This document shows positions 1-11,078 of a stretch of 64,000 bases of DNA, in pieces. The translations under genes and the position numbers were made by a program. The stretch is from a virus. The stretch lies in the IMG/VR virus record IMGVR_UViG_3300045988_079349, one strand, 5' to 3'. Every line of letters starts with the position of its first letter. Positions within the stretch are counted from its first letter, which is position 1. The notes under the pieces were generated by a model. The model saw only the letters and a program-made list of their open reading frames with translations. It was not told where the DNA came from and made no database searches.

Positions 1-452
1 AGGAGGTTCTATATGGACTTCTCTTACAGGCAAAATAAACTTTCCTATATCTATTTGCTCATTTCTTTCTCTTGCTTCCCATAATGCTCTCCAATAAAGA
101 TATGCTTCATCATAGACAAAAGGAACTATTCCTATTCCTCCATTAGCCTTTTCAATAGAATTACCTTTTATCTCAAAAAAGTATTTTAAAGTTTTATACA
201 TTCCAGTATATGAATAATTATTATCTTTTCTAAAGGTTTCAATTTGTTTTTTAATTTTTGGAGAAATACAGTTAATTCCAAATAACTTCTTTATATAATT
301 TTCTAATAGTTGTCTATCCTTTTCTTCTTGCGTTTTATTTTCCTCGGCCGTTTGCGCACAGGTCTTATGAGCGTAACGTCTTGAATTTGGTTTAACGTAT
401 GGTGTAGTTGATGCATCAAATACTTCTCCACAGTAAAAACATTTTACCATGT
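1..452 (-). CDS. Cys-rich hypothetical protein (partial, continues past window start)
   Basis: ATG at ~452 with GGAG RBS; CxxC...HxxC zinc-binding-like N-terminus; open frame runs to position 1. Confidence 0.45.
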
Positions 453-559
453 GCTTAGCCATACATTACGCTCTCCTTTCATAACAATCTTATATAAATA
501 TTATATCATAAAATAGATAAAAAATCAAGGAAGGAGAATTTTCTCTCCTTCCTTATATT

Positions 560-1540
560 TTAATTCTTGGATAATTCCTCTAATTCATGAACAATCAAAT
601 CTAATTGTTCGGCTTGGTCTGGAGTGCAATCTCCAACCTTTTTGCCCTTGCCCAAAAATTTATCTACGATAGATGTAATTTTTCCAGCGTTAGATTGATT
701 TTTAGACATAAGATCTCCAACCAGGTCGTTAAACTTACTCATTAGTGTATCAAAGTCATAAGTTACATCCTCTGTTACAACTTGAGTTGCTTCGTTTGTA
801 ATATATTGTCCACCAGTTTCTTCTGCTTGTCTATCAATAGCATTAGAAATTGCATTTACAAGATTATCATATGTAAATTCAATAGATTCTGGTACATACT
901 TGAAACGAGAACCGGCAACATACTGCGGAGTTCCACGCATAAAGAGTCTTGTTTCTGTTCCTCCAGATTCATTAGTAACAGAACGAGAATATCCGATAAT
1001 ATCACAAGTTCTCTCACAAATTAATCTTCCTCTATTGTCAAGAGTGGGAACAATCTATGACGCAACGTCCTCTCCTTTTGCGTTCTTTTCTGTCTTTGTT
1101 TTTGCGTGAGAAATAAGAATAAGACCATAGTTAAGTTGTAGAATTTTACGAATCGCTTCGTCAAACTCTGAACTTACAAGTGCATACCCTTTTCCATAAG
1201 GAATATCACCAATAGTATCGACACCTTCTCTGCTACAAATAAACTTTTCACAGTATCCGTATGCAATGTCTGCGGTATCAATTACAATAGTTTGGAATTT
1301 TTCTTGTACCTCTGGTGTTTTTAATTCACTAAACAGTTTCTTAAATTCGCCCCAGCTATTAATTGGCTAGGCATATACTCCGGGCAACGCATTATAGCCT
1401 TTCTCAAAAGCGAGTAAAAGTGCTTTTGGAAACTTGCTCGCGATGGTGGTCTTACCACTCTTTGGGTCTCCATAAAAGAATACTGAATAACCTCTCAGAT
1501 CTCTTGATACTTCATGAGGCTTAATATCTAACAAACTCAT
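560..1540 (-). CDS. Sak4-like RecA-family ssDNA annealing ATPase (2 in-frame TAG codons read as sense)
   Basis: Walker A GDPKSGKTT; ORF track gives only the C-terminal 126 aa; extending upstream through two TAG codons yields a ~326 aa RecA-fold protein with RBS+ATG at ~1540. Confidence 0.7.
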
Positions 1541-1597
1541 TTATATTCGCTCCTTATCAAAATATTTGGGAAGAAAAGGGAGATAAACTCCCTTTTC

Positions 1598-2554
1598 TTA
1601 GAATTTATATTCTCCCTTTGCAGGAGCGGTAGTAGATGCTCCACTTAGAGCATTACCCTTTGTTGCTTGATACTCATCCTGACGCTTTTTAATCTCAGCA
1701 AGAGTAACCTCACGCGCAGCCATCTTTTCATTAAGCTCGGATACGAGAAGAGTTTCCTCATTGTCCCACTCATAAATGTCAGGCTGTGCCCAGTTAATTA
1801 CAAAATCACGCTGAGAATTACGGACTTCTTTTACTCTAGAGTCACCAAAAGCGCTCTCTTCCTCAACTTTACGAACTACAGTCTTAGATACCTGAATTCC
1901 CTGCACTCTAGTAAAGACAGGAGAGCTAGAAGTGGCTCCCAAATTCTCGAAGTAATCCAAAGCCTTTTCCGGTGCATATGGAGCATATACGCTAAACTCG
2001 ACGGGAAGAAGTGCTCCGCGGAAATCAAATACGCATCCCTTTACAGTAACCTTCTCAGGAAGATCGCGCTCTTCATCTGCTTCCGCGCGCAATACTCCGG
2101 TAATTACCATATCGACATCAAAAGTAGCACGATTCTTTTCTTCTGCCAACTCTTGAGTTATATGGACGAATCCGCCCTCATTTCTCTTGACACTTACAAG
2201 AGGATGGCCATTAGTGTTATTATCGTACCACTCATTTAGCCCAATAGCGGAATCAACGCGGATCTTTCCTGCGTTTTCCTTACCATGCTCCATTACGGAA
2301 CCAATCTTTCCATCAATGATATTCAAAAGAACTCCATAAGTTGAATTTGCTTTACCATTCTTAGTTGTCTCAGTTACATAGCTAAAATGAACATCGACAA
2401 CATTCAACATATCATCGTCTGTGGCAATTCTCAAGATACCATTAATAAATTCGGTTCCAGGATTTTTAGAGTTCTCTCCAGAAACCTTCTTTTCAAGTTT
2501 ATGTTCATAGACATACCCTTCGATGTGAGTGTTATTAATCATTTTCTTGCTCAT
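1598..2554 (-). CDS. hypothetical protein; possible ssDNA-binding/recombination partner of Sak4
   Basis: 318 aa ORF directly downstream of Sak4; acidic C-terminal tail; no recognisable motif. Confidence 0.4.
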   Translation of the reverse strand: MSKKMINNTHIEGYVYEHKLEKKVSGENSKNPGTEFINGILRIATDDDMLNVVDVHFSYVTETTKNGKANSTYGVLLNIIDGKIGSVMEHGKENAGKIRVDSAIGLNEWYDNNTNGHPLVSVKRNEGGFVHITQELAEEKNRATFDVDMVITGVLRAEADEERDLPEKVTVKGCVFDFRGALLPVEFSVYAPYAPEKALDYFENLGATSSSPVFTRVQGIQVSKTVVRKVEEESAFGDSRVKEVRNSQRDFVINWAQPDIYEWDNEETLLVSELNEKMAAREVTLAEIKKRQDEYQATKGNALSGASTTAPAKGEYKF

Positions 2555-2936
2555 TACTTAATTCTCCTTTATATTTCTCAATATCAAAGTTTTTACCTTT
2601 TTCTGTCAGGGTATAGACAACAGGGTTAGAACCAAATTTTTCTACGAAACCATCTGACACTAATTTTCTGATTGAGCCAGATACTTTTCTTGAGGAAATC
2701 TCCATTCCATCTGCAATATCCTTTGCTTTTAAGGATTTCGCCTCATGTTTTTGAAGATGTTCAAGAATTTGTAATCCAGTTTCTGTAAAGAGAGGTTTCT
2801 CAACCTGCATATCTTGCTGTGAGCGAAGAATATTATAAAATTCTTGCACTTCATCTGGAATAGTGATTGGCTCTTGGTAATTAGCTACAAGCCAATCAAA
2901 ATAATCTAAAAAGTTTTTACATTTACTCATAATCAT
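2535..2936 (-). CDS. MarR-type winged-helix transcriptional regulator
   Basis: 133 aa; wHTH pattern typical of MarR family. Confidence 0.5.
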   Translation of the reverse strand: MIMSKCKNFLDYFDWLVANYQEPITIPDEVQEFYNILRSQQDMQVEKPLFTETGLQILEHLQKHEAKSLKAKDIADGMEISSRKVSGSIRKLVSDGFVEKFGSNPVVYTLTEKGKNFDIEKYKGELSNEQEND

Positions 2937-2983
2937 TTCCTCTTTATTTTATATACATATAATAACATATAAAATAAAGATTG

Positions 2984-3610
2984 TCAATCAGGAGTAATAT
3001 CATCAAAAATTACAGGAATCTTTTCCTTGACTTTATTCAAACCGAGGATTGCAACTTCTCTCATTTGTGGATGCGCGGCTGGAGAGCAACGAAGCTTGAA
3101 GAAATGTCGCCACTCACGCAAGTCCGCAGTCATAACTACCTCAGTTTTTAAACTATTAGGCAGAACTGCTCTTGCTTCTTGTGGAGTGCAGCCTTCGAAC
3201 AAAAGCTCAAAATATTTTTTTTCAGATTCCGCACAAGACATTTCCCATAGTATATATTTTGAACTATTTGGTTCAAGATAACAAGGTTCAATTACCGTAA
3301 TTTCATTTCCAAATCCATCTTTTGAGTAATTACAATATCTCGTAGATTCCTAACAATAAGCTGCCAATCTATGGCGTACAATTTCATGACTTACGCCTCT
3401 ATCGCAAATAAATTTAAGGGTAAAAGAACAATGCTCAAGAACCGCCTCATGGCCTCTCTTGATAATATTCTATACGAATTTTACAGCGCTATCTTCTGTA
3501 ATTTTATCCTCGGATTTATAACATACTCTACCACACTATTCAATTCGTTTAAGGATTGTTTCACCATCAATAGGTGTAATAAGTTCAACATCTGGCTTAA
3601 TAATCTTCAT
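2984..3610 (-). CDS. thyX: flavin-dependent thymidylate synthase ThyX (3 in-frame TAG codons)
   Basis: ThyX signature RHRLAAYC-TAG-ESTRY, with TAG at a position where Gln is plausible; C-terminal 85 aa is the ORF-track fragment 2984..3241; continuous frame from RBS-ATG at ~3610 if TAG is sense. Confidence 0.75.
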
Positions 3611-3612
3611 AA

Positions 3613-3891
3613 TTATTCCTCACTTAAATTATATCCAATAAGTTTCATAGAAGGGTTTATCAATCGCAATAATGTTTCTGCTTCATCTATTACAATCTTA
3701 TCCTTCATTCCTCTGCTGTGATTTAAATATTCTGAATAATTCATAAATCTAAGTCCAATAATTCCATAACTTTCCGCTTTACTTCTCATTGAGTGAGGGT
3801 TACTACATACGAATATAGCATTATTATCCTTAGCGTATTGCATTAACTGATAAGTTTTTCCAGTGCATCTATCACCAATAATTCTAAACAT
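3613..3891 (-). CDS. hypothetical protein
   Basis: 92 aa ORF, ATG overlaps upstream stop (TTAATG). Confidence 0.5.
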   Translation of the reverse strand: MFRIIGDRCTGKTYQLMQYAKDNNAIFVCSNPHSMRSKAESYGIIGLRFMNYSEYLNHSRGMKDKIVIDEAETLLRLINPSMKLIGYNLSEE

Positions 3892-4802
3892 TAAGCTCCT
3901 CCTTTAGTTCCATTAAGACCTAATTCTTTAGTCTTATAGAACTCAATCCAATAGGTTTCTCTCTCGTTTAGTTTGTCTCTGGTTACTTCTTCTAAGACTT
4001 CAAACACGAAATTATGAACTCCAGATTTCTGCATAGCAGAGTATAACTTATTAGTTACCTTTCCATAGGTTAAAGCAGATTTAATATGCTATCTAAATCG
4101 TTCTTTTATATCAACCGATTGTCCAATATAGGACTTGCCTGTAGTTAAATCAGTTATTCTATAGATACCGCAATATTTAACTGCCTTGGGAAACAAATGG
4201 GCCATTAAAATATCATAAGCTGGCTTATAATATACTTCCCATATTAGTTTATCTATACTTTCTTTCTTTACAAATCTTGGTTGTAATTCGCGCAATAACG
4301 TAATATCATTAATATCTATTTCATCAAGAGCAAGACGATAATAATCTTGATTAGAGTCAATTTCTTCCTATCTCTATTTGGCCTAAATATAGGAAAGCTA
4401 CTTAGCCTATAAATCAGCTAATTTCCCGGCTTCAATAGAAATTTTCTTTAGCAAATCTTGATTTTTAGCATCAAAAGTCAAAGAAAGTTCCTATTCTTTT
4501 TCTTTGTAGGATTTTACAAGTGCGGAGACGCGTGCCTAATAGGCTTCATCAGCTTGTTTCTAAGCACTTTCCCGCATTTCTTCCTAAGATTTTAATAAAG
4601 AAGAAAGAATATCGTTCTCAAATGTTATATTATTTTTTATGTTAGATAACACTTCTCTATTATGTGCTATTTCTTTTTCTATTTCAGCGTTTTTTCTTTG
4701 ATTATCTGTGTTAATCTAAACTACTTCAAGGGTTTGCTTTTTGAGATAATAGATATAAATTATTAACCCGATTATAGCTATTAATAATAATCCTATAATC
4801 AT
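3891..4802 (-). CDS. GIY-YIG endonuclease domain fused to an N-terminal TM helix and Gln-rich coiled coil (11 TAG codons)
   Basis: Verified codon by codon: no TAA/TGA in frame from ATG 4800-4802 to TAA 3891-3893; C-terminus YRITDL...KSYIGQS...KERFRQH...NGTKGG is a GIY-YIG fold; N-terminus MIIGLLLIAIIGLIIYIYY is a TM segment. Confidence 0.6.
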
Positions 4803-4844
4803 AATTAAAAAATCGGGAAGAGTTAAAACTCTTCCCGATAGACA

Positions 4845-5111
4845 TTACTCTTGTGCGTCGGGATCTAGATCAAGACCACTCTGGGTAAGACGAAGATACT
4901 TTACCTTCTGATGGGAACCATCCTCAAGAGTTACTTCATCGGGAACGCGCTCGCCCAATCCCTTGCGCTGGAGCGCAGAAGTAAAGATACCATCAACTTG
5001 ACGCTTCTCAAGACCGAGAGCTTCAGCAACATCTGCGGCTGTCAAATTAGTATCATTGTTTTCCTTTAAATAATCTAAAACCTTACGAGTATTTTCTTTC
5101 ATAGCTGCCAT
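4845..5111 (-). CDS. hypothetical protein
   Basis: 88 aa ORF. Confidence 0.5.
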   Translation of the reverse strand: MAAMKENTRKVLDYLKENNDTNLTAADVAEALGLEKRQVDGIFTSALQRKGLGERVPDEVTLEDGSHQKVKYLRLTQSGLDLDPDAQE

Positions 5112-5418
5112 AATTAGACATTCTCCTTTAAAATATATTATTTATTGTTGTGTTGCTAAATCTTGAACCATAACATCAATTTCTAGCAAAATATTTATCC
5201 CGTCATTCAATGCCATAATCTAATTAGTGATTTGCATAATTCGATTTTCAGCCCGGGATTTTTCCTCTTTTGAGGAAGATTCATTTTGGTGAATTTGCTC
5301 ACACTAATATAGTTCTTTAGCGAGCTTTTTCATCTATTTTCGGGTCATATAATTTCTATCCTTTATCCCTGAATTACAAATATATAATACAATAATTTTA
5401 TTTTAGTGTCAAACAGAT

Positions 5419-6507
5419 TTATTTAAAAATTTCATCTATGAGACAGTCTTTAGCATCCTTATCATCCCTCATACATTTGAAAACAGGGTGTCGTAGGGTA
5501 TGATCTTTTCTATTGATGGACATACAATCAAGAGCTACTACGTGTCCAACAAAGTTTCCTGGAAACTCTGTCATTAGCCTTTTCATATCATCCGTAATAC
5601 CTGAGCTAACTGTGCCAAGATCAACTAAATTATTATCATTATCGTATGCTCCAATTTTAATAGCTGATTTCCAGCCATTATAATAGTATTTAGTTATTGG
5701 AACATACCCTTCCGTGATTAAGTCTCCTTTAGGTACAGCATCAATAAAATCACATAGCTCACCATCAGGACTTTCCCAATATGGCCATGTATCTAGCTCT
5801 TTCCCAGTGTATTCCTTTGTTGGAGGACAGAGACCTGTGCAAACTAAATCAATAGAATCCATTTGTTTGACTTTTACTGTAGACCAAGCTGGACGTTTAC
5901 CCGGAGTATATGGATAATCCTTTTTCTTTAAAACAGCTCCTTCTCCTCCAGAGTTTAAGATTTTAGAAATCTCTTCTTCAAGATTTTCAGTAATCTTTAG
6001 AGCCAATTTCAAGAAATCATATTGAGATAAATTATGTCTATTCCATACACCAGTAAGAATCTTATATCTATCTTCTGCGCCCAGATTAATTAAGTTAATT
6101 CCATCATACTCAATTATATCATGTATATAATAATGAATTGGATTATTTGCTTGTCTTTTAACAGCTAGTTCTGGTAAACATCCCATAACAGTTGTTACTG
6201 TTTTAGAAGTACACCCAGGGTAATATATTTCTCCTATTAAAATTGTATTAGGAGGCATACAATCAAGAGCTTCCATAATATGGGGAACATTAGCTCCTTT
6301 TTCGGAGAGCAGCCCTGTTGTGGTACTGGTATTTCGCGAAAAAAGATAGCTATAATTCTCTGTTTTTTCATACTCATACCAATAGCCGTCAATCTTTTCT
6401 TCTAGGAAGTAGTCTCCAGACTGGCAAATTTCTGAAAGCATAGATTCTTTTCCAGAAGGAAGTTTCCATACCTTCATTGCATCTATCATTTTAGCTTCAG
6501 GATACAT
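5419..6507 (-). CDS. ATP-dependent DNA ligase (small T7-type)
   Basis: Motif I KIDGY, motif IV EGAVLKKKD, motif V WSTVKVK; 362 aa. Confidence 0.6.
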   Translation of the reverse strand: MYPEAKMIDAMKVWKLPSGKESMLSEICQSGDYFLEEKIDGYWYEYEKTENYSYLFSRNTSTTTGLLSEKGANVPHIMEALDCMPPNTILIGEIYYPGCTSKTVTTVMGCLPELAVKRQANNPIHYYIHDIIEYDGINLINLGAEDRYKILTGVWNRHNLSQYDFLKLALKITENLEEEISKILNSGGEGAVLKKKDYPYTPGKRPAWSTVKVKQMDSIDLVCTGLCPPTKEYTGKELDTWPYWESPDGELCDFIDAVPKGDLITEGYVPITKYYYNGWKSAIKIGAYDNDNNLVDLGTVSSGITDDMKRLMTEFPGNFVGHVVALDCMSINRKDHTLRHPVFKCMRDDKDAKDCLIDEIFK

Positions 6508-6701
6508 TAATCAAACTCCTCATAATAAACATACACTCCCAAAAACGCCCCGATAGGAATTGCGTAGAGGAGTATAAACCAAACACTAACTTTAATCATT
6601 AGAATAAGTGGTAATGCAATAGAAATCATTATTACAAATAATATAACAATACCCGCTAGAGCAAAGAGAGCAATCTTTTTTAATTTATCTCTATCGTCCA
6701 T
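6507..6701 (-). CDS. small membrane protein
   Basis: 64 aa, two hydrophobic helices. Confidence 0.4.
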   Translation of the reverse strand: MDDRDKLKKIALFALAGIVILFVIMISIALPLILMIKVSVWFILLYAIPIGAFLGVYVYYEEFD

Positions 6702-6776
6702 ACTATAACCTTTCTTATTATAATATTACTTTTATTATATATAATATTATATTCTTATTAAAAATAAAAGTCAACT

Positions 6777-6809
6777 AAAGATAAGAGTAGCAAAGCTACT
6801 CTTATCTTT
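6777..6809 (-). terminator. rho-independent terminator downstream of topoisomerase A gene
   Basis: 15-bp inverted repeat aagataagagtagc/gctactcttatctt followed by T-run on minus strand. Confidence 0.5.
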
Positions 6810-9171
6810 AAATCTTAGATGTTGAAATTATTTGCTCATTATCTTTCAGCATAATATTTCCCATAGAAGTTCTATTTAACAAAGGAAAATCTGACACTTT
6901 AATAACTATAGAAGTTTTATTTCCAGAAATTAAAATCAGATCATCATCATTCACTAACTCTGCACCCGAGATAGCACCTTTATAACAGGAGATGCCCTTT
7001 CCTCCACGGTTTTGCAATGTAAATTCTTTTAACTCAACCTTTTTTCCTAATCCGTTAGAAGAAACAATAGCCAAATATTTAGATTGGTCGATAGGCAATG
7101 CTGCAATTACATAATCATCTTCTGCAACATTCATGCCCTTAACTCCTTGCGCGGTTCTGGAAGAAATTGGCATTTCCGCAGTTGGGAATCTAATAACCAT
7201 ACCATTCTTTGTAACTAACATCATTTCCTCTTGATTGATAAATGTGATTGAAGAAAGCTCGTCGTTTTCTTTTAGCTTAATAGCAACGATACCGGTTCTC
7301 TTCATTGCATCATACTCTTCTAAGGGAACCTTTTTAATAATTCCTCGTTTTGTAGCAAAGAATATAAACTTTTTATCTGTATCTCTTGCTAAAGTAGTAT
7401 AAGCAATAGGAACTTCATTATCTTCAAATTCAATAATTGCTGATAACGGAGTGCCAACAGAAGTATTAGTTCCCTCGGGAATATTATCAACAAGGACACG
7501 ATACATTTTTCCTTTTGAAGAAAAGACCATCAACATATCTTGTGTATTGGTTTTTTGTGAAAATACTGTAATATCTCCATTGGTCTTTACCCCAGTAGTA
7601 TTTCTCTTCTGAGACTTAAAATTCTTTATATCTATTCTTTTTACGGTATTCTTTTTTGTTACTATTACCATACAGTCTTTGGCTTCTACTACTACTTGCT
7701 CTTTCTCAGCCTTAGGAATATCGGTATTTAGAAGTTTTGTTCTTCTGGCATCACCATATTTATCTCGAAGTTCTTTAATTTTAGCAGTAAGTTTAAGATT
7801 TCTAACTTCTTGCTTTGTTAGAATTTCTACACATTGAGCAATAAAACTTCTCTTTTCTTGAAGCTCATTTATTAATTCATCCTTATCAATTCTTGTAAGT
7901 TTTCCTAATTTCATATCCAAGATGGCACCAGCTTGAATATCATCAACAGATAAGAACTCAATCAACTTTGCTTTCGCATCTGCCCTTCCCGCAGACTGCT
8001 TAATTAAACTGATTACTTCATCAATTTTATCAACTGCGGCGATTAGCCCTTCAAGAACGTGTGCTCTTGCTTCGGCTTTCTCTTTATCAAATTTAGTAGC
8101 GCTAATTAATACAGTCTCTTGATGTTTAATGTATTCTTTAAGCAAATCCAGCATTGAGCATAATTTAGGAGTTCCATTTACAATATAATTCATATTGTAT
8201 GATAGAGTAGATTGTAAATCAGTTAGCAGGAATAAGGTATTAAGAGCTTTAGAAACAGATACACCAGATTTTATATGGAATACTAACTTATTTTGCCCAA
8301 TATTGGATTCATCATCGAAATCATCCAATAGCTCACTAAATGTGTCTATATTCTTTTCAATTTGCTCCTTTATCTTGTTTCTGTAAGTTCGATAAGGGAT
8401 ACTTGTAAAGGTAATTGTTTGCCCATCTATCTCATAGTCGCCTTGAATTTTAAGAGAGATTTTTGATTTTCCAGTTTCAAATGCGGACTTTATATCTTTG
8501 ATATTTAGGACAGTTCCGCCAAGAGGGAAATCTGGCCCGGGCATATAAGAAAGCAATTCATCAATAGTAAGATCGCCCTTTTCGATTAGAGCAATGGCTG
8601 CGTTACATACCTCTGTTAAATTATGCGGGGCTGAATTATGCGCCATAGAAATTCCGATAGCTTGTCGTCCGTTACAGATAGCATTAGGAAATAAAGAAGG
8701 AAGAACTACAGGTTCCATAAATTCTCCATTATAAGTTTCTTTAACTGGAACGACTTCCTTCTTGTAGTCATTCATCATTAAATCAGCAAATAATGAAGGT
8801 TTAGCCTCTGTATAACGAGAGGATGAAAACATATCATTATTTTCTTGAGTTCCCAGTTGCCCCTGACCTGTAATCAGTGGGTATCTCATTAAAAATGATT
8901 GAGCCATTTTTCTCAAAACGCCATAGCAAGCTATATCACCATGGAAGTAAGATGTTGCAAGAGTAGAGCCAACAATAGCATTACACTTTTTTGTTTTACT
9001 CTTATTATCCATCTTTAAATAATCTTCCATAGTCCAAAGAATTTTTCTTTGGGCGCTTAGAAGTCCATCTTCTGCGGCTGGGATAGCTCTATCAGTAAGA
9101 ACCTCTTCTGCATAAGTTAAGAAGTTTTCTTTAGCTTCATCAAGAATATCAACTTCAGTAATTAAACTCAT
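6808..9171 (-). CDS. gyrA: type IIA DNA topoisomerase subunit A (GyrA/ParC-like); no TAG codons
   Basis: 787 aa; conserved active-site region (...AISMAHNSAPHNL...) and C-terminal beta-pinwheel repeats. Confidence 0.85.
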   Translation of the reverse strand: MSLITEVDILDEAKENFLTYAEEVLTDRAIPAAEDGLLSAQRKILWTMEDYLKMDNKSKTKKCNAIVGSTLATSYFHGDIACYGVLRKMAQSFLMRYPLITGQGQLGTQENNDMFSSSRYTEAKPSLFADLMMNDYKKEVVPVKETYNGEFMEPVVLPSLFPNAICNGRQAIGISMAHNSAPHNLTEVCNAAIALIEKGDLTIDELLSYMPGPDFPLGGTVLNIKDIKSAFETGKSKISLKIQGDYEIDGQTITFTSIPYRTYRNKIKEQIEKNIDTFSELLDDFDDESNIGQNKLVFHIKSGVSVSKALNTLFLLTDLQSTLSYNMNYIVNGTPKLCSMLDLLKEYIKHQETVLISATKFDKEKAEARAHVLEGLIAAVDKIDEVISLIKQSAGRADAKAKLIEFLSVDDIQAGAILDMKLGKLTRIDKDELINELQEKRSFIAQCVEILTKQEVRNLKLTAKIKELRDKYGDARRTKLLNTDIPKAEKEQVVVEAKDCMVIVTKKNTVKRIDIKNFKSQKRNTTGVKTNGDITVFSQKTNTQDMLMVFSSKGKMYRVLVDNIPEGTNTSVGTPLSAIIEFEDNEVPIAYTTLARDTDKKFIFFATKRGIIKKVPLEEYDAMKRTGIVAIKLKENDELSSITFINQEEMMLVTKNGMVIRFPTAEMPISSRTAQGVKGMNVAEDDYVIAALPIDQSKYLAIVSSNGLGKKVELKEFTLQNRGGKGISCYKGAISGAELVNDDDLILISGNKTSIVIKVSDFPLLNRTSMGNIMLKDNEQIISTSKI

Positions 9172-9188
9172 TATTCCACCACCATCAT

Positions 9189-11078
9189 TTAATCAAAATT
9201 AAATCCAAGCTCATTGGCATTGTCATAAATATATTGCTTTCTAGGTTCAACTGCACTACCCATAAGGACATTTAATAGCTTTGTAGCCTCTTCTGCATCA
9301 GAGATAGTGATTCTCTTATATCTTTCGTTCATGAAGCAAACTTTCTGCAAATCTTCTGGATTTAATTCTCCGAGTCCTTTTGCTCTTAAAATATCATAAG
9401 AGCCATTATGACTTTTTTTCCACTCTTCTAGCTCATCGTCAGAGTAACAGTAGTATTCGTTTCCTCTTTGGCGAACAATATATAAGGGGGTTACAGCTCG
9501 ATATAGCTTACCTGCCTCTACCAATGGACGCATATAAGTAAAAAAGAATGTAATAAGCATTAGCTCAATATCTGCTCCATCGCTATCAGCATCAGCGGTA
9601 ATAACTACTTTATCAAAGTTTATCTTTGATACATCAAAAGAAGTACCAAATCCACCACCTATAACTCTAACTACATCAGACATTTCTTGGTTAGATAAAA
9701 TCTTCTCTATGGCAGTTTTCAAGGGAGAAATAATTTTACCTCTTAGCATATAAATACAGTCTGTTTTTGGATTGCGGGCTTCTACGGCAGAAGCGCCAGC
9801 AGACAAACCCTCTACGAGAAGTAAATTTCGCTCTTTGGGATTTTTGTTTATGCAATCAATAAATTTATTACTAATTTGCATTTTTGCCTTTAGTCCATTT
9901 TCTTTTTTAGGCTTTAATCCTCTGGCTGCTTCTCTAGCTTTTCTGGCTGCTTCTCTAGCTTTACGCGCATTAAGCGCCTTGTCCGCGATTCCTTTTATAT
10001 CTTTTTCGTTTGCTGCAAACCAATATTGCAATTCCTCTGCTATTGCTTGCGTAAATGGTTTCATATCAAGTTTTGTGATTCTTGACTTAACCTGTGCGTC
10101 GTAGGCTACATTGGGGGCGGTAATATTAAAGACGAGATACATTCCTTCTTGACAGTCTTCGCCAGTAAGATTATCGTCTTTTTCTTTTAACCACCCTTTT
10201 TCACGGAAAAACTTATTCATTTCTCTTGTTAAAAGGGTTTTAATTTGCGTAATATGTGGACCTGTTTCTGTTAAACCAGTATTAACATAAGGAACAATGG
10301 TAGAAGAATAATTATTTGTATAAGTTAGAGCTAAATCCAACTTATTTTTAGCTTCGGAAAAATTAATTGATAGACGATTTTTTAAGATCTCTTTCCCTTT
10401 AACGGCCTCGTCTAGTAAATCCATTAGACCATTCTTTGAGAAGAATTCTGTTTTTTCTCCGTTGTTATCGAGCTTGATAGTTAAACCCGGACAGAGACAT
10501 ACAATAGTTTTAAACAGTTCAGTTAGAGCCTTTACATCTGGACGAGGATCAGTGAAAAACTCCTCGCTTGCTCTCCAGAATACAGAAGTTCCATGAATAT
10601 TTTTATCAACCTCAGTAGAATCTCTATCTGCGAAAACTCCCTCATTAAAAGTGATTCGCTCTCCCTGTCCATCTCTATATGTTGTAACAATTAATTCGTG
10701 ACTGAGATAAGTAGCGAGTTTACTACCGATACCAAAGCTACCTAAAGAAGTACCTTCATAAGTTCCATCTTCTCTATATTTTCCGCTTGTGTTTAAAACA
10801 CTAAAAGCAGCTTCAAGAATTGTCTTTCCATCTTCTCTAAAAGAATTTGGAATGAATCCTTGTCCCTGATCACCAACTGTGACTCTTGCTCCATGGATTT
10901 CTACTGTGATTAAATTTCCATGACCTAATCTAAATTCATCAACAGCATTAGAGACAATCTCTACAACTAACTGCGTGGAAGTAGATGTGTCTCCGCAATA
11001 AACTCCGGGTCTTAAACGAGTAAATTCAAGAGGAGAAAGAGATTCAATACTTTTTTCATCATATAATTTTCCAGCCAT
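9189..11078 (-). CDS. gyrB: type IIA DNA topoisomerase subunit B (GyrB/ParE-like); no TAG codons
   Basis: 629 aa; GHKL ATPase N-terminus, TOPRIM (EGLSAGASAV, DADSDG); internal in-frame 21-bp tandem duplication AREAARK. Confidence 0.85.
   Translation of the reverse strand: MAGKLYDEKSIESLSPLEFTRLRPGVYCGDTSTSTQLVVEIVSNAVDEFRLGHGNLITVEIHGARVTVGDQGQGFIPNSFREDGKTILEAAFSVLNTSGKYREDGTYEGTSLGSFGIGSKLATYLSHELIVTTYRDGQGERITFNEGVFADRDSTEVDKNIHGTSVFWRASEEFFTDPRPDVKALTELFKTIVCLCPGLTIKLDNNGEKTEFFSKNGLMDLLDEAVKGKEILKNRLSINFSEAKNKLDLALTYTNNYSSTIVPYVNTGLTETGPHITQIKTLLTREMNKFFREKGWLKEKDDNLTGEDCQEGMYLVFNITAPNVAYDAQVKSRITKLDMKPFTQAIAEELQYWFAANEKDIKGIADKALNARKAREAARKAREAARGLKPKKENGLKAKMQISNKFIDCINKNPKERNLLLVEGLSAGASAVEARNPKTDCIYMLRGKIISPLKTAIEKILSNQEMSDVVRVIGGGFGTSFDVSKINFDKVVITADADSDGADIELMLITFFFTYMRPLVEAGKLYRAVTPLYIVRQRGNEYYCYSDDELEEWKKSHNGSYDILRAKGLGELNPEDLQKVCFMNERYKRITISDAEEATKLLNVLMGSAVEPRKQYIYDNANELGFNFD

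Noticed and set aside
9896-9976. Tandem direct repeats (21-bp x2 in gyrB at 9896..9976; 21-bp x2 at 63598..63640) as possible CRISPR or regulatory repeats
   Set aside because: Both are in-frame within coding sequence (AREAARK x2 and TDTNSSYP x2), with no spacer-repeat architecture. Simple coding duplications.
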